A DNA stretch of 64,000 nucleotides from a virus (IMGVR_UViG_2974607751_000001:35533-99532), one strand, 5' to 3'. Shown: positions 28,608 through 37,043, counted from the stretch's first letter. Notes: generated by a model from the letters alone, not told the origin. A program made the numbers and translations.

Positions 28608-28925
28608 ATGATTTTTCATATTCTGATTGATGATGTGCGTAACCTACATGGAATGGACATTATCATTCGAACCCCCGAAGCCGCTGTTGAGTTTCTGAAT
28701 AAAACCGATACCACAGGTCATTTCGTTTATATGGATAACGATCTGGCTGTAGATGGTATGGAAGGTTATCAAATTCTTCGTTTACTCCTGGAATTTGGTC
28801 AGAGACCCAAGAAAGTGGTACTAGTAACCTCGAACCCAGTAGCTAAAGAGACCATGCGTAATGATCTCCTAGACGAAGGGTATCAAGAAAGCCCTAATCG
28901 TATTGAGTACGATTGGCCGGAGTAA
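28608..28925 (+). CDS. Stand-alone receiver (REC/CheY-like) domain protein
   Basis: HILIDDV, an acidic pocket VYMDNDLAVDGMEGY, VLVTSN (conserved T/S) and PVAK (conserved K) appear in REC order. Confidence 0.45.
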   Translation: MIFHILIDDVRNLHGMDIIIRTPEAAVEFLNKTDTTGHFVYMDNDLAVDGMEGYQILRLLLEFGQRPKKVVLVTSNPVAKETMRNDLLDEGYQESPNRIEYDWPE

Positions 28926-28930
28926 ATAAA

Positions 28931-29380
28931 ATGAAGGCAGCTTTGCTTTTAATAGCTGCCCTAACCTATAGCTTCAATAGTCATGCGACCTACGACTCAA
29001 AGCAGATTGATTGCATTGCAAAAAATATCTACTTCGAAGCACGAGGTGAGGGCACTAAAGGAATGATCGCAGTTGCACAGGTTACTAAAAATCGTGTTAA
29101 CTCTGGTACTTTTCCTGATTCTTACTGTAAAGTAGTATATCAGTCTAACCAGTTCTCTTGGGTGGCCAAGAGACCAAAAGTTGATAAAACCGATGAGGCT
29201 TGGCAAGTTGCTAAGAATTTAGCTAGAGTGATATACTACGTTGATTTACCACAAGATCCAACACATGGAGCGTTATACTTCCATAGTGGTAAAGATAAAC
29301 CATACTGGACAAAGAAGTTTAAGAAAACAACGAAGATTCAAGGCCATACGTTCTACAAGCCTGTGGTTAAGAAAACTTAA
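28931..29380 (+). CDS. Secreted SleB/CwlJ-type cell-wall hydrolase (Hydrolase_2 family)
   Basis: A signal peptide MKAALLLIAALTYS is followed by IYFEARGEGTKGMIAVAQVTKNR. Confidence 0.6.
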   Translation: MKAALLLIAALTYSFNSHATYDSKQIDCIAKNIYFEARGEGTKGMIAVAQVTKNRVNSGTFPDSYCKVVYQSNQFSWVAKRPKVDKTDEAWQVAKNLARVIYYVDLPQDPTHGALYFHSGKDKPYWTKKFKKTTKIQGHTFYKPVVKKT

Positions 29381-29388
29381 AAATTCGA

Positions 29389-29417
29389 TTGCTTAAAGCC
29401 TTAAATTTCTGTATAAT
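29389..29417 (+). promoter_or_regulatory. PN25-type early promoter
   Basis: Sequence is TTGCTTaaagccttaaatttctgTATAAT. Confidence 0.55.
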
Positions 29418-29448
29418 ACTTTCATAAATTAATGAGAGGAAGCGAAAT

Positions 29449-29619
29449 ATGAAATCAGTTGTAATTATTGGTGTTAATACTCATGGTATCCGTAATACGA
29501 AAACAGTTAAAACTACTAACGTTGCTGAAATTACTACAAACCCTAAGAAGTTTGATTTCGCCAAAGTCTCGGCAGTTATGACAGAACAATCTTTTAACCA
29601 AGCACTGGGAATTAAATAA
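29449..29619 (+). CDS. hypothetical 56-aa protein
   Basis: Below the track length cutoff; the RBS is gaggaagcgaaatATG. Confidence 0.35.
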   Translation: MKSVVIIGVNTHGIRNTKTVKTTNVAEITTNPKKFDFAKVSAVMTEQSFNQALGIK

Positions 29620-30068
29620 TGGAAGAGAATATTCTAGATGTTTTGCGTAGGGCTTTGCAGGAATCTAAGGTTGATGGTTCTGATAAAGAAGTAGCTAAAA
29701 GCTACCAGACCATAATCGGAGATCTTCAGCGTGTTGATAAAGACTTCATTACTTCTGAACAGTTTGTATCTTATCTAAAAGCTCAACTGAAAAGCATTAA
29801 TCAGACGAAAGCTAAACTTCACGGTCAAGACCCTGATAACTATAGCTTGCAGTCTGCTCAGTATGAATATATACTGAACAAATGGTTACAACAATATCTG
29901 CCGCCTCAGCTTTCTGATTCTGAGATTCGCAAATACTTTGCAGAATTAGTCAAGCTGAACCCTGGAATTACAAAAGGTATGCTGATGAGAGCGATTAAGG
30001 AAGAGTTTCCTGGTCGTTACGACGGTGGCATTGCTGCTCAGGTTGCTGGCGAATTTAATAAAAATTGA
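29619..30068 (+). CDS. GatB/YqeY-domain protein
   Basis: YLPPQLSDSEI...KGMLMRAIKEEFPGRYDGGIAAQVAGEF matches the YqeY C-terminal pattern. Confidence 0.55.
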   Translation: MEENILDVLRRALQESKVDGSDKEVAKSYQTIIGDLQRVDKDFITSEQFVSYLKAQLKSINQTKAKLHGQDPDNYSLQSAQYEYILNKWLQQYLPPQLSDSEIRKYFAELVKLNPGITKGMLMRAIKEEFPGRYDGGIAAQVAGEFNKN

Positions 30069-30098
30069 TTTGCTAAATGCTTCAAAATTCTGTATAAT
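30069..30098 (+). promoter_or_regulatory. PN25-type early promoter (TTGCTA-18-TATAAT) followed by ~830 nt with no ORF
   Basis: Sequence is TTGCTAaatgcttcaaaattctgTATAATagattcataaattagagaacagcg. This is very close to the classical T5 PN25 initial transcribed sequence. Confidence 0.6.
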
Positions 30099-30104
30099 AG
30101 ATTC

Positions 30105-30935
30105 ATAAATTAGAGAACAGCGAGCCGATTACGCTGAGTGAGCTTTAGCGATTCACCTAGTGATAGCTTCTGACACTGAATAGATTCGGTGAGTTGGAGA
30201 CTAGTAAGTACTCTGAGAGAGGCTACGAGCTAACGCTTATTGCTATTGATAGGGAACTGAAAATCTGCGGAAAACTCGGGAGCTGTCCCGAAATCTCGTA
30301 AACTCTTCTCTAGTTTATGTTAGTGGGGTGTCGAACTGACTTATGTGATAACACTGCCAGATGCTCACAGGCTGACATTGAGCTTTACTGCTCCTTCTGG
30401 AAAGAATCGGATAACTCGGGCTTATACCGGATAAGCATTCGCTGCTGGAGTACATACTATGACGGTTCAGGAGGTACGCCGCCTGATCAGTATTAGGTTA
30501 GAATCGAAACAGCTAAACCACGAGGAAACCTGACGGCCTCAACCAAACTCGGAACTCGGGATCACTGCCTAGTGTGTACCCCGTTTAACCTGAGACTAGG
30601 CATCCAGCTTCGCATCGAAAATCGGAGGTGCGATTCTAACAGACCGCGTGAATATGAGAGTGGGAAATGGTAAACCTTCACGGAGGAGCCTTAATGGCAC
30701 GACTAAAGAGCTAGGAAGAACTCGAGATAACTTCCTAGCCGGTGAGTAAAGAGCGACGAGGAGTCATGACCTAAGAGCTGCCGATCAGCCTTAGCTGAAT
30801 AACCACAAAGTCACCCTGACTTAAACTGGAAGATATTGTCTGACGGAAGGGCTGCAGAGCTTAATCTGAGGTGGCTGACCCTACCTACCGCCGGGTATCT
30901 TTAAGGACTTTTACGAGAGTTCTTAAAAATACCTA
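30105..30935 (+). ncRNA. Candidate large structured noncoding RNA (~830 nt), promoter-driven, GC-enriched, no ORF longer than 60 aa in any frame
   Basis: Local hairpins include ctaggaag...cttcctag, gcctagt...actaggc, cggga-gctg-tcccg and gcttat-accgg-ataagc. The aactcggg motif recurs four times. GC content is clearly above flanking genes. Confidence 0.5.
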
Positions 30936-30950
30936 ACAAAAGGAATCAAT

Positions 30951-31460
30951 ATGAATCTAGGAACAACTTGTATCTTTGATCATCAAGAAATGTGTTGCCC
31001 TCGTATTCTGCATATAGCACATTTTCCAGAACGCCTGACACTTGATCAAGCTCGTGAGAAAATGAGTGAGATTACAGGATACAATCTTCGAGAAGGTGAA
31101 TACTTTAGCGTAGCTTTGGATTACATCGACAATACTCGTCTTTATCACCTAGTTCAGCTTGGTGAAGAAACTGATGAAATAAAAATGGCGAAAGATACAT
31201 TACGTCGTTATCGCCCTCAGATTCTAGAGCGTACACTTCGTGGAGAGCCTAGTGATTACTTCTATATGCGCTGTTACGATGCAGATGCACAAGAATACAT
31301 GGCACATCAACGTTTCTACCATGATATTAAAGAGTTCGTTAATATCAAGTATGACAAGCTATTGATTGACTCTAAAGCACGACGTGCTGCTAGGGATGCT
31401 GAGAAATCAGCTAAAGCAGCGCTAGAAAGCCAAACCAAACTGAACGAAATCATTAAGTAA
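30951..31460 (+). CDS. hypothetical protein
   Basis: The RBS is aaaggaatcaatATG. Confidence 0.5.
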   Translation: MNLGTTCIFDHQEMCCPRILHIAHFPERLTLDQAREKMSEITGYNLREGEYFSVALDYIDNTRLYHLVQLGEETDEIKMAKDTLRRYRPQILERTLRGEPSDYFYMRCYDADAQEYMAHQRFYHDIKEFVNIKYDKLLIDSKARRAARDAEKSAKAALESQTKLNEIIK

Positions 31461-31467
31461 TTTATTC

Positions 31468-31542
31468 TCGGGGTGTAGTCTAAGGGATAGGCAGGAGTCT
31501 TCTAAATTCCTTTATGCAGGTTCGAATCCTGTCACCTCGGCC
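31468..31542 (+). tRNA. tRNA-Arg (anticodon TCT)
   Basis: Acceptor cggggtg/cacctcg with G-CCA. Anticodon loop cttctaa. T-loop ggttcgaatcc. Confidence 0.6.
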
Positions 31543-31576
31543 AATTTTATTAACTGTAACTAAACAAAGGAAATAT

Positions 31577-32521
31577 ATGTTTACTAAAAACACTAAAGAA
31601 CTGACTTCTGAGCAAAAAGTAATTCGTACTATTAAACGTTGGGGTGTTGGTGCTGCTGTTGGTCTTGGTGCTCTTATTCTGGCTCTCAATTCCTATACAG
31701 TTGTTCAGGATGGTACTGTTAAGACTCAAACCTTCCTGGGTAAAGTTAGCCCTAATCCTGTATTGCCAGGCTTCCATATTGTTAACCCATTTGCTTCTTT
31801 TGATACTTTTAGTACGAAAGATATTTCCATGAAACTGGATAAACTTCAGGTTCCTAGCCAGGATAAGTTTAAGTCTACTGTTGACATTACCGTTATGTTG
31901 CAGTTTGATGGTGCTAAAGCTCCTATGAACCGTGTTAACGCAGGTACTCAGGATCAGGCTCTGAACAAATACGTTGAAGAGAAGATGCTGTCTACGATTC
32001 GTGAGTTTGGTAAGTCCGTACCAAAAGCACAAGATCTGTTCGACGCTAAGATTCAGGCTCAACTGCAAACCGCTATTCAGCAAGAAGTAGAAGAATATGC
32101 GCGCCCTTATGGTTACACCGTTAAGCAAGTATTCCTTCAAGATATTACTCTGCCACCGGTAATCATGGAACAGGTACAGAACACCAAAGTTCGTGAAGAA
32201 CAAGTTAACGCTGCAAAAGCGGAACTGGCTCGTGTTGAACAAGAAGCACAGCAGAAGGTTAAGCAAGCTGAAGCAGATCGTTCCGCTCGTGAAAACATGG
32301 CAGTAGCTAACGAACGTGACGCAGATGCTAAACTGTATGCAGCTAAGAAAGAAGCTGAAGCTAACGCCGCTTTACAACGTACCATTACTCCTGAAATGAT
32401 TCGTTGGAAGCAGCTGGAAGTTGAAATGCTTCGTGCTGAAAAATACCAAGGTGGTGTACCACAGACTGTTGTTGGTACTGGCTACGATGGTCAAATGATC
32501 ATGGATATGCGTAACAAGTAA
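31577..32521 (+). CDS. SPFH/band-7 (prohibitin/HflC-like) membrane protein
   Basis: An N-terminal TM is followed by an SPFH core and a long coiled-coil Ala/Gln-rich tail. The track start 31514 overlaps the tRNA, so the start was moved. Confidence 0.6.
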   Translation: MFTKNTKELTSEQKVIRTIKRWGVGAAVGLGALILALNSYTVVQDGTVKTQTFLGKVSPNPVLPGFHIVNPFASFDTFSTKDISMKLDKLQVPSQDKFKSTVDITVMLQFDGAKAPMNRVNAGTQDQALNKYVEEKMLSTIREFGKSVPKAQDLFDAKIQAQLQTAIQQEVEEYARPYGYTVKQVFLQDITLPPVIMEQVQNTKVREEQVNAAKAELARVEQEAQQKVKQAEADRSARENMAVANERDADAKLYAAKKEAEANAALQRTITPEMIRWKQLEVEMLRAEKYQGGVPQTVVGTGYDGQMIMDMRNK

Positions 32522-32524
32522 TAG

Positions 32525-32572
32525 TTACACGTAATCTTCAAACCAAGCCCGCGTTTCCTCCGAGAGCGCGGG
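32525..32572 (+). terminator. rho-independent terminator
   Basis: Sequence is gcccgcgtttcctccgagagcgcgggctttt. Confidence 0.65.
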
Positions 32573-32584
32573 CTTTTCTGTATT

Positions 32585-32630
32585 TAAGGCAAAAGAAAAG
32601 CCCCTTACCTTTCGGCAGGGGCTTTGTTTT
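32585..32630. terminator. bidirectional terminator
   Basis: aaaagcccct...aggggctttgttttt has U-tracts on both strands. It separates the plus-strand genes from the minus-strand island. Confidence 0.6.
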
Positions 32631-32838
32631 TGGTTTAGAACCATACTCTCGGTGTACAGCAACCACCCATACGGGAGACCAATCTTGACTGAAAATCTAC
32701 TCTAGGGGGCAGGATAAGAGTAGGCTTAAAGGCAAAGGGATTGAACACCGGTATTTGTGTAAACATTGCTGGAGAGCAACAACGTGCTACAGGCATAGGA
32801 CAGCATGACACGGGTTTTCTACAACACATAATTTCTCC

Positions 32839-33273
32839 TTAGGAGTTATTACCCCCATTCTGAGCTTTTGCAACCTGACTCTGACAGAAGCTGTTAAACT
32901 TACCCATAAGTGATACAAGTTGCTTCCCATCCTCTGTTTTAGCGAAGTCTTCGAAAAGGGCTAGAACAGCCTGTCCTTCCGCAGATACCTGCGGATGTTG
33001 GAGTTGTTGAACTTGCTGCTGTTGAGGCATTTGTTGCATTTGCTGCATCTGAGGCTGCATTTGTTGAGGCATTTGCGGCTGCCCTACCATTTGCTGTTGC
33101 ATCATCTGCATAGGGTTAGCAGCTCCAGGTTGTTGGAACTGCTGTTGCATATTTTGTGCTTCTGCCAAACGCTGTTGCAACTGTTGTAAGTAAGGGTTAT
33201 CCAGACCCGGAACGGGCTGTTGGGAGCCCATTTGTTGATTAAATCCGTTGTTCACAAAACCATATTTACTCAT
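32839..33273 (-). CDS. Gln-rich low-complexity protein with structured C-terminal domain
   Basis: MQQQFQQPGAANPMQMMQQQM... fills about 90 aa. The C-terminus reads VLALFEDFAKTEDGKQLVSLMGKF. Confidence 0.5.
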   Translation of the reverse strand: MSKYGFVNNGFNQQMGSQQPVPGLDNPYLQQLQQRLAEAQNMQQQFQQPGAANPMQMMQQQMVGQPQMPQQMQPQMQQMQQMPQQQQVQQLQHPQVSAEGQAVLALFEDFAKTEDGKQLVSLMGKFNSFCQSQVAKAQNGGNNS

Positions 33274-33295
33274 AATGGGCTCCTCCCCTTAATTA

Positions 33296-34336
33296 TTAAG
33301 CCGGCAGTTTAGCCTGCAGACCAGCTAGAGCTTGAGTGATAGAACCCAGGCTTACAGCGATTTGGTTGATTACCTGACCGTTAGCACCGCTACCCTGAGC
33401 GATTGCTTCACGAAGACGGCATTCGTCTAATTCATCTTGAATACGCGCAGTAGTTACACCAGCGATTGCAGTCTGAAGTTCACAGCAACATTCAGCGATC
33501 TGACGTTCCAGAGCGTTCTGGTTAGCGCACGCCTGTGCAGCTACAGCAGCGAACTGGTTGTTAGTCTGAATAGTCTGCTGGAAAGCAATCTGAGCAGCAT
33601 CAAACTTGTCTTGAGCACGAGCGATCTGGTTAGCCGCGAAGGACTGATCGATCTGGAGAGACAGGTCAAACTGTCCAGCTAATACGCTACGAGTTTCGGA
33701 ACAAATCTGGTTGGACAGGTTAGCACCAGTACCATACAGAGAAGTCAGAACCTGTTGAGTGCTAGCAGCTTGAGCAGCACCTACACCGTTAACAGCGCTC
33801 AGTACAGCACCAGTTCCCTGGTTTGCTTCAGTACGAGTAGTGTTGATTGCAGCTAGAATACTGGAGGTATTCTGATTACTTAGAACAGTTTCCACACCTG
33901 TTAGCTCCGCAGCAGCGCCAGCAGCACCGCGACCGAAACCACCGAAACCACCAAATCCGCCTGTTAATAGAGCACCGATTAGGATAGCTCCGAATAGACC
34001 CATACCTTCTCCACCGAAAGCACCTGCGTTAGCTGGGAATGCACCCATGCCAGGAAAGCCGTTAGTGAATACGTTTACTGGTTCTTGCATTTTTCTTTCT
34101 CCATATTTGTGATAACCATGATGTTCATGTTCATCTTCTTCTTCGTCGTCTTCATCATCTTCCTCATAGTGTTCATGATGGTGATGGTGATGATGATAAT
34201 GATGCTCGTCAGCTCGCTCTTGAGCTTTAAGCTTTTCCCACTTTTTCTTGTCTGATTCTTCGTGACGATGCAGTTCTGCTGCTACTTCACTTAGAGATTC
34301 AGGTTTCTTAGCTACTTCTTCTGTCATTTTTGACAC
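33296..34336 (-). CDS. His-rich/acidic N-terminus, Gly-rich TM-like middle, Ala/Gln-rich Cys-containing C-terminal protein
   Basis: Segments HHYHHHHHHHEHYEEDDEDDEEEDEHEHH, GGFGGFGGFGRG and ECCCEL are present. Confidence 0.5.
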   Translation of the reverse strand: MSKMTEEVAKKPESLSEVAAELHRHEESDKKKWEKLKAQERADEHHYHHHHHHHEHYEEDDEDDEEEDEHEHHGYHKYGERKMQEPVNVFTNGFPGMGAFPANAGAFGGEGMGLFGAILIGALLTGGFGGFGGFGRGAAGAAAELTGVETVLSNQNTSSILAAINTTRTEANQGTGAVLSAVNGVGAAQAASTQQVLTSLYGTGANLSNQICSETRSVLAGQFDLSLQIDQSFAANQIARAQDKFDAAQIAFQQTIQTNNQFAAVAAQACANQNALERQIAECCCELQTAIAGVTTARIQDELDECRLREAIAQGSGANGQVINQIAVSLGSITQALAGLQAKLPA

Positions 34337-34599
34337 CTCCTAGTATATAGAAAATGTGTGTCTCTTTGATCACTCATCCATAACATATACTTTACACTAC
34401 CCCAGCGAAAATGTCAAGGGGTCTTTAAAAATTGCCCCCGGATTTTTAGTGGGGGTACAAAATCTCTGGGTACTCTCTAAAGTGCCCTCGAATTGTGCTC
34501 CTAATATTTGCTTTCCTGTACTTTTAAAATTAAGTTGATAAATTATGTACTCTATAATATAATAAGTTTATGTATTTTTAAAAGACTATGGAGATACTT

Positions 34600-34833
34600 A
34601 TGATAAAATTCAAAGATCTTGTATTTAAGGATTTAAAGCATGACATAGATGCAATACGTTGTATCCCGTGCTGGGGACAAGGTACTGTTCCTACTTCAAC
34701 GGAAGATAATGTTATTTTAAAATCAGATCCATGCCCTTTCTGTGGAGGATCTGGTATTAATCATCATTACGAAGTAAAACATACAGAAACTATTCATGGT
34801 ACTAAAGTATTTATTATTACTAAAATCAAATAA
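34600..34833 (+). CDS. DnaJ-CR-like zinc-finger mini-protein
   Basis: CIPCWGQG...CPFCGGSG is two CxxCxGxG repeats. Confidence 0.45.
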   Translation: MIKFKDLVFKDLKHDIDAIRCIPCWGQGTVPTSTEDNVILKSDPCPFCGGSGINHHYEVKHTETIHGTKVFIITKIK

Positions 34834-34846
34834 ATTAAAAATTCAA

Positions 34847-34875
34847 TTGCTTAGACGCCAAAATCTCTGTATAAT
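34847..34875 (+). promoter_or_regulatory. PN25-type early promoter
   Basis: Sequence is TTGCTTagacgccaaaatctctgTATAAT, followed by ataaatttgagagaggaatcaaatATG. Confidence 0.55.
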
Positions 34876-34905
34876 ATATTTATAAATTTGAGAGAGGAAT
34901 CAAAT

Positions 34906-35961
34906 ATGATTAAGACTGGTCTAGTAATTGGTAAGTTCGCACCATTAACGCGTGGCCATATTAACTTAATTAACACAGCAGCAACTATGTGTGAACGAGT
35001 TATTGTTGTAGTTAGTCATGATAATCGCTGGCTGGATAAGCAAAACACACGTGATCAGGAAGTCTTACAATTAAAGAACCGTTTACGTTGGTTAGAACAA
35101 ACCTATGCTGATATCGAACATGTATCAGTAGAATATATTATAGAAGATGATATTCCTGAGTATCCTAATGGTTGGCCAGAATATGCTAGAATACTGAATG
35201 ATAATTATGGCCATTTGCCTGAAATTACCATTTTCTCTAGCGAACTAGACTATGATGCAGAATATAAGAAATATCTGCCGAAGTTCGGACATTATATTGT
35301 AGACTCTGATCGGACTCGTGTTCCAATCTCAGCTACTATGATTCGTAATGATCTTATGAAGTATTGGGAATTTCTTCCTAGCGTAGTTCGTAAAGACTAT
35401 GTGCGTAAGGTTGTTATCATTGGTACGGAAAGCTCCGGCAAAACAACTTTAACAAAGTACCTTGCGAAATTATATAATACTTCGTGGGTAGAAGAATATG
35501 GACGTACTTACTGTGAAGTTGATCTAGTTGGTAATGAAGAACTCCTGACTAGCGAGGACTATAATAAAATTGCATTCAGGCACAAAGAGCTAGAGTTTGA
35601 AGCAGAACGTACTGCAAATAAGATCATGTTTGTGGATACCAATGCTTTCATTACTGAATTCTATCACAGGCTCTATGAACATCGTAAAAATCCGGTTGTA
35701 ACAGCTATTGCTAAAGAAGAGCATTATGATTTAGTTATAGTTTTAGCACCTACTGTTAAGTGGGTAGATGATGGTTTACGTATTAACTCCGATCGTTCAA
35801 TTACTTCTGAACTGTTCGAGCAGATGAAGAAAGAATTTCCTAATCAGTTCCCAGAAGGGCGTACTGTGTATATTGACTCCCCGGACTATAAAGTTCGTAT
35901 GGACGAAGCAGTAAACGCAGTAGATTGGCTGATTCATCACTTTAACGTTGGAGAGTTTTAA
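34906..35961 (+). CDS. nadR: NadR-type bifunctional NMN adenylyltransferase / ribosylnicotinamide kinase (lacks the HTH repressor domain)
   Basis: Segments align with E. coli NadR. GKFAPLTRGH matches GKFYPLHTGH. RLRWLEQTY and EYPNGWPEY are shared. Walker A is GTESSGKTTL. The C-terminal block is HYDLVIVLAPTVKWVDDGLR. Confidence 0.85.
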   Translation: MIKTGLVIGKFAPLTRGHINLINTAATMCERVIVVVSHDNRWLDKQNTRDQEVLQLKNRLRWLEQTYADIEHVSVEYIIEDDIPEYPNGWPEYARILNDNYGHLPEITIFSSELDYDAEYKKYLPKFGHYIVDSDRTRVPISATMIRNDLMKYWEFLPSVVRKDYVRKVVIIGTESSGKTTLTKYLAKLYNTSWVEEYGRTYCEVDLVGNEELLTSEDYNKIAFRHKELEFEAERTANKIMFVDTNAFITEFYHRLYEHRKNPVVTAIAKEEHYDLVIVLAPTVKWVDDGLRINSDRSITSELFEQMKKEFPNQFPEGRTVYIDSPDYKVRMDEAVNAVDWLIHHFNVGEF

Positions 35962-35962
35962 T

Positions 35963-36640
35963 ATGACTAACTATCTTGTAAATGACTTTAAAAACTGGAA
36001 ATCTTTGGAATATTTGTGGCTGTTCATAGCAGTTGCCTTTATTAGCTTAGCAAATTATAACGGTACAGCTCTAGACTGGGCTACCGCAATAACCAACGTG
36101 GTTTGTGTTATTCTGGTTGCAAAAGGGCGTGTTTCCAACTATATTTGGGGCTTAGTTGGTGTTCTTACCTATGGTATTACAGCTTTAAATGCAGATCTTT
36201 ATGGTAACGCTGCACTAAACCTGCTATACTACGTTCCTATGCAGTTTTATGGTATGTATTTATGGCATAAAAATAAGCCAAGTAATCTGCCAGACGTTCC
36301 GACTAAGATTCTGACTAAAGCCCAAGCTTTGTTGACTCTAGGGGTTCTAGCAGTAGCTACTTTAGGTTACGGCAGCTTCCTTGCTACCACAGCTGATCCA
36401 TTCCCAATGCTTGACGCATTTACTGCGGTTGGTAGTGTGATTGCTATGTGGCTTATGGTTAAGCAATATGCTGAACAATGGCTGATCTGGATTGCTATTA
36501 ACATTGGTACTGTGTACATTTGGCTTGTAACTGCTCAATCTACAGGTGCATCTTACGCAATCCTAGCAATGTGGCTAGTATTCTTAGGTAACTCTATTCT
36601 TGGAGCTTATAAAGGATACTTTGTACGCGTTAACAAATAA
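35963..36640 (+). CDS. pnuC: PnuC nicotinamide riboside transporter
   Basis: A ~225-aa polytopic membrane protein with NY.WG...V..Y and a W-rich pattern like PnuC. It overlaps the nadR stop codon. Confidence 0.7.
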   Translation: MTNYLVNDFKNWKSLEYLWLFIAVAFISLANYNGTALDWATAITNVVCVILVAKGRVSNYIWGLVGVLTYGITALNADLYGNAALNLLYYVPMQFYGMYLWHKNKPSNLPDVPTKILTKAQALLTLGVLAVATLGYGSFLATTADPFPMLDAFTAVGSVIAMWLMVKQYAEQWLIWIAINIGTVYIWLVTAQSTGASYAILAMWLVFLGNSILGAYKGYFVRVNK

Positions 36641-36687
36641 AGTAGTTATAGCCCTCTAAGCGAGGGCTATTATACAGAAATTTTCAC

Positions 36688-36716
36688 TTGCTTAATATAG
36701 AAAATTTCTGTATAAT
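36688..36716 (+). promoter_or_regulatory. PN25-type early promoter
   Basis: Sequence is TTGCTTaatatagaaaatttctgTATAAT. The leader is identical to the 34.87 kb copy over about 35 nt. Confidence 0.55.
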
Positions 36717-36746
36717 ATATTTATAAATTTGAGAGAGGAATCAAAC

Positions 36747-37043
36747 ATGAAACGCATCGTACTTGCATTGACTCTAGTATCTACTTCTGTATTTGCTGCT
36801 CCACAACAGGAACTTTGTCAAGTTCAAGTTTGTAATAAGCTAGAACGATTTACTCTAGACATTTGGTCACACATTAAAGATAATATGGGTGAACAGTGTT
36901 TTGATATTGTTCTGCCAAAAGAACAAGCTGTTCCTGGTGCTGTTCTCAGCTCAGAATCACGTTGGTGGCAGGGTTCTTCTATCAATCCAACTAAGAAGTC
37001 AGTGACACGTATCAAACAAGTATATCAGTGCAATGTTCAGTAA
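36747..37043 (+). CDS. Secreted small protein (signal peptide)
   Basis: The signal peptide is MKRIVLALTLVSTSVFA-APQ. Confidence 0.5.
   Translation: MKRIVLALTLVSTSVFAAPQQELCQVQVCNKLERFTLDIWSHIKDNMGEQCFDIVLPKEQAVPGAVLSSESRWWQGSSINPTKKSVTRIKQVYQCNVQ

Noticed and set aside
30105-30935. Possibility that the 830-nt ORF-free region is a group I/II intron or a decayed gene
   Set aside because: It is not inside any exon-like ORF. It has no recognisable GUGYG 5' end or domain V. No residual long ORF or homing endonuclease remnant is seen. It cannot be fully excluded without comparative data.
31514-31576. Track start of the SPFH ORF at 31514
   Set aside because: It overlaps tRNA-Arg(TCT). The downstream Met at 31577 with RBS AAGGAAA is the plausible start.
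32990-33200. CAG/CAA/CTG-rich repetitive DNA
   Set aside because: It is in frame within the Gln-rich ORF 32839..33273 (minus strand). This is coding low complexity, not a microsatellite or mobile repeat.
34120-34210. gtgatggtgatgatgataatgatg hexamer-like repeats
   Set aside because: They encode the poly-His tract of ORF 33296..34336. This is coding, not a satellite.
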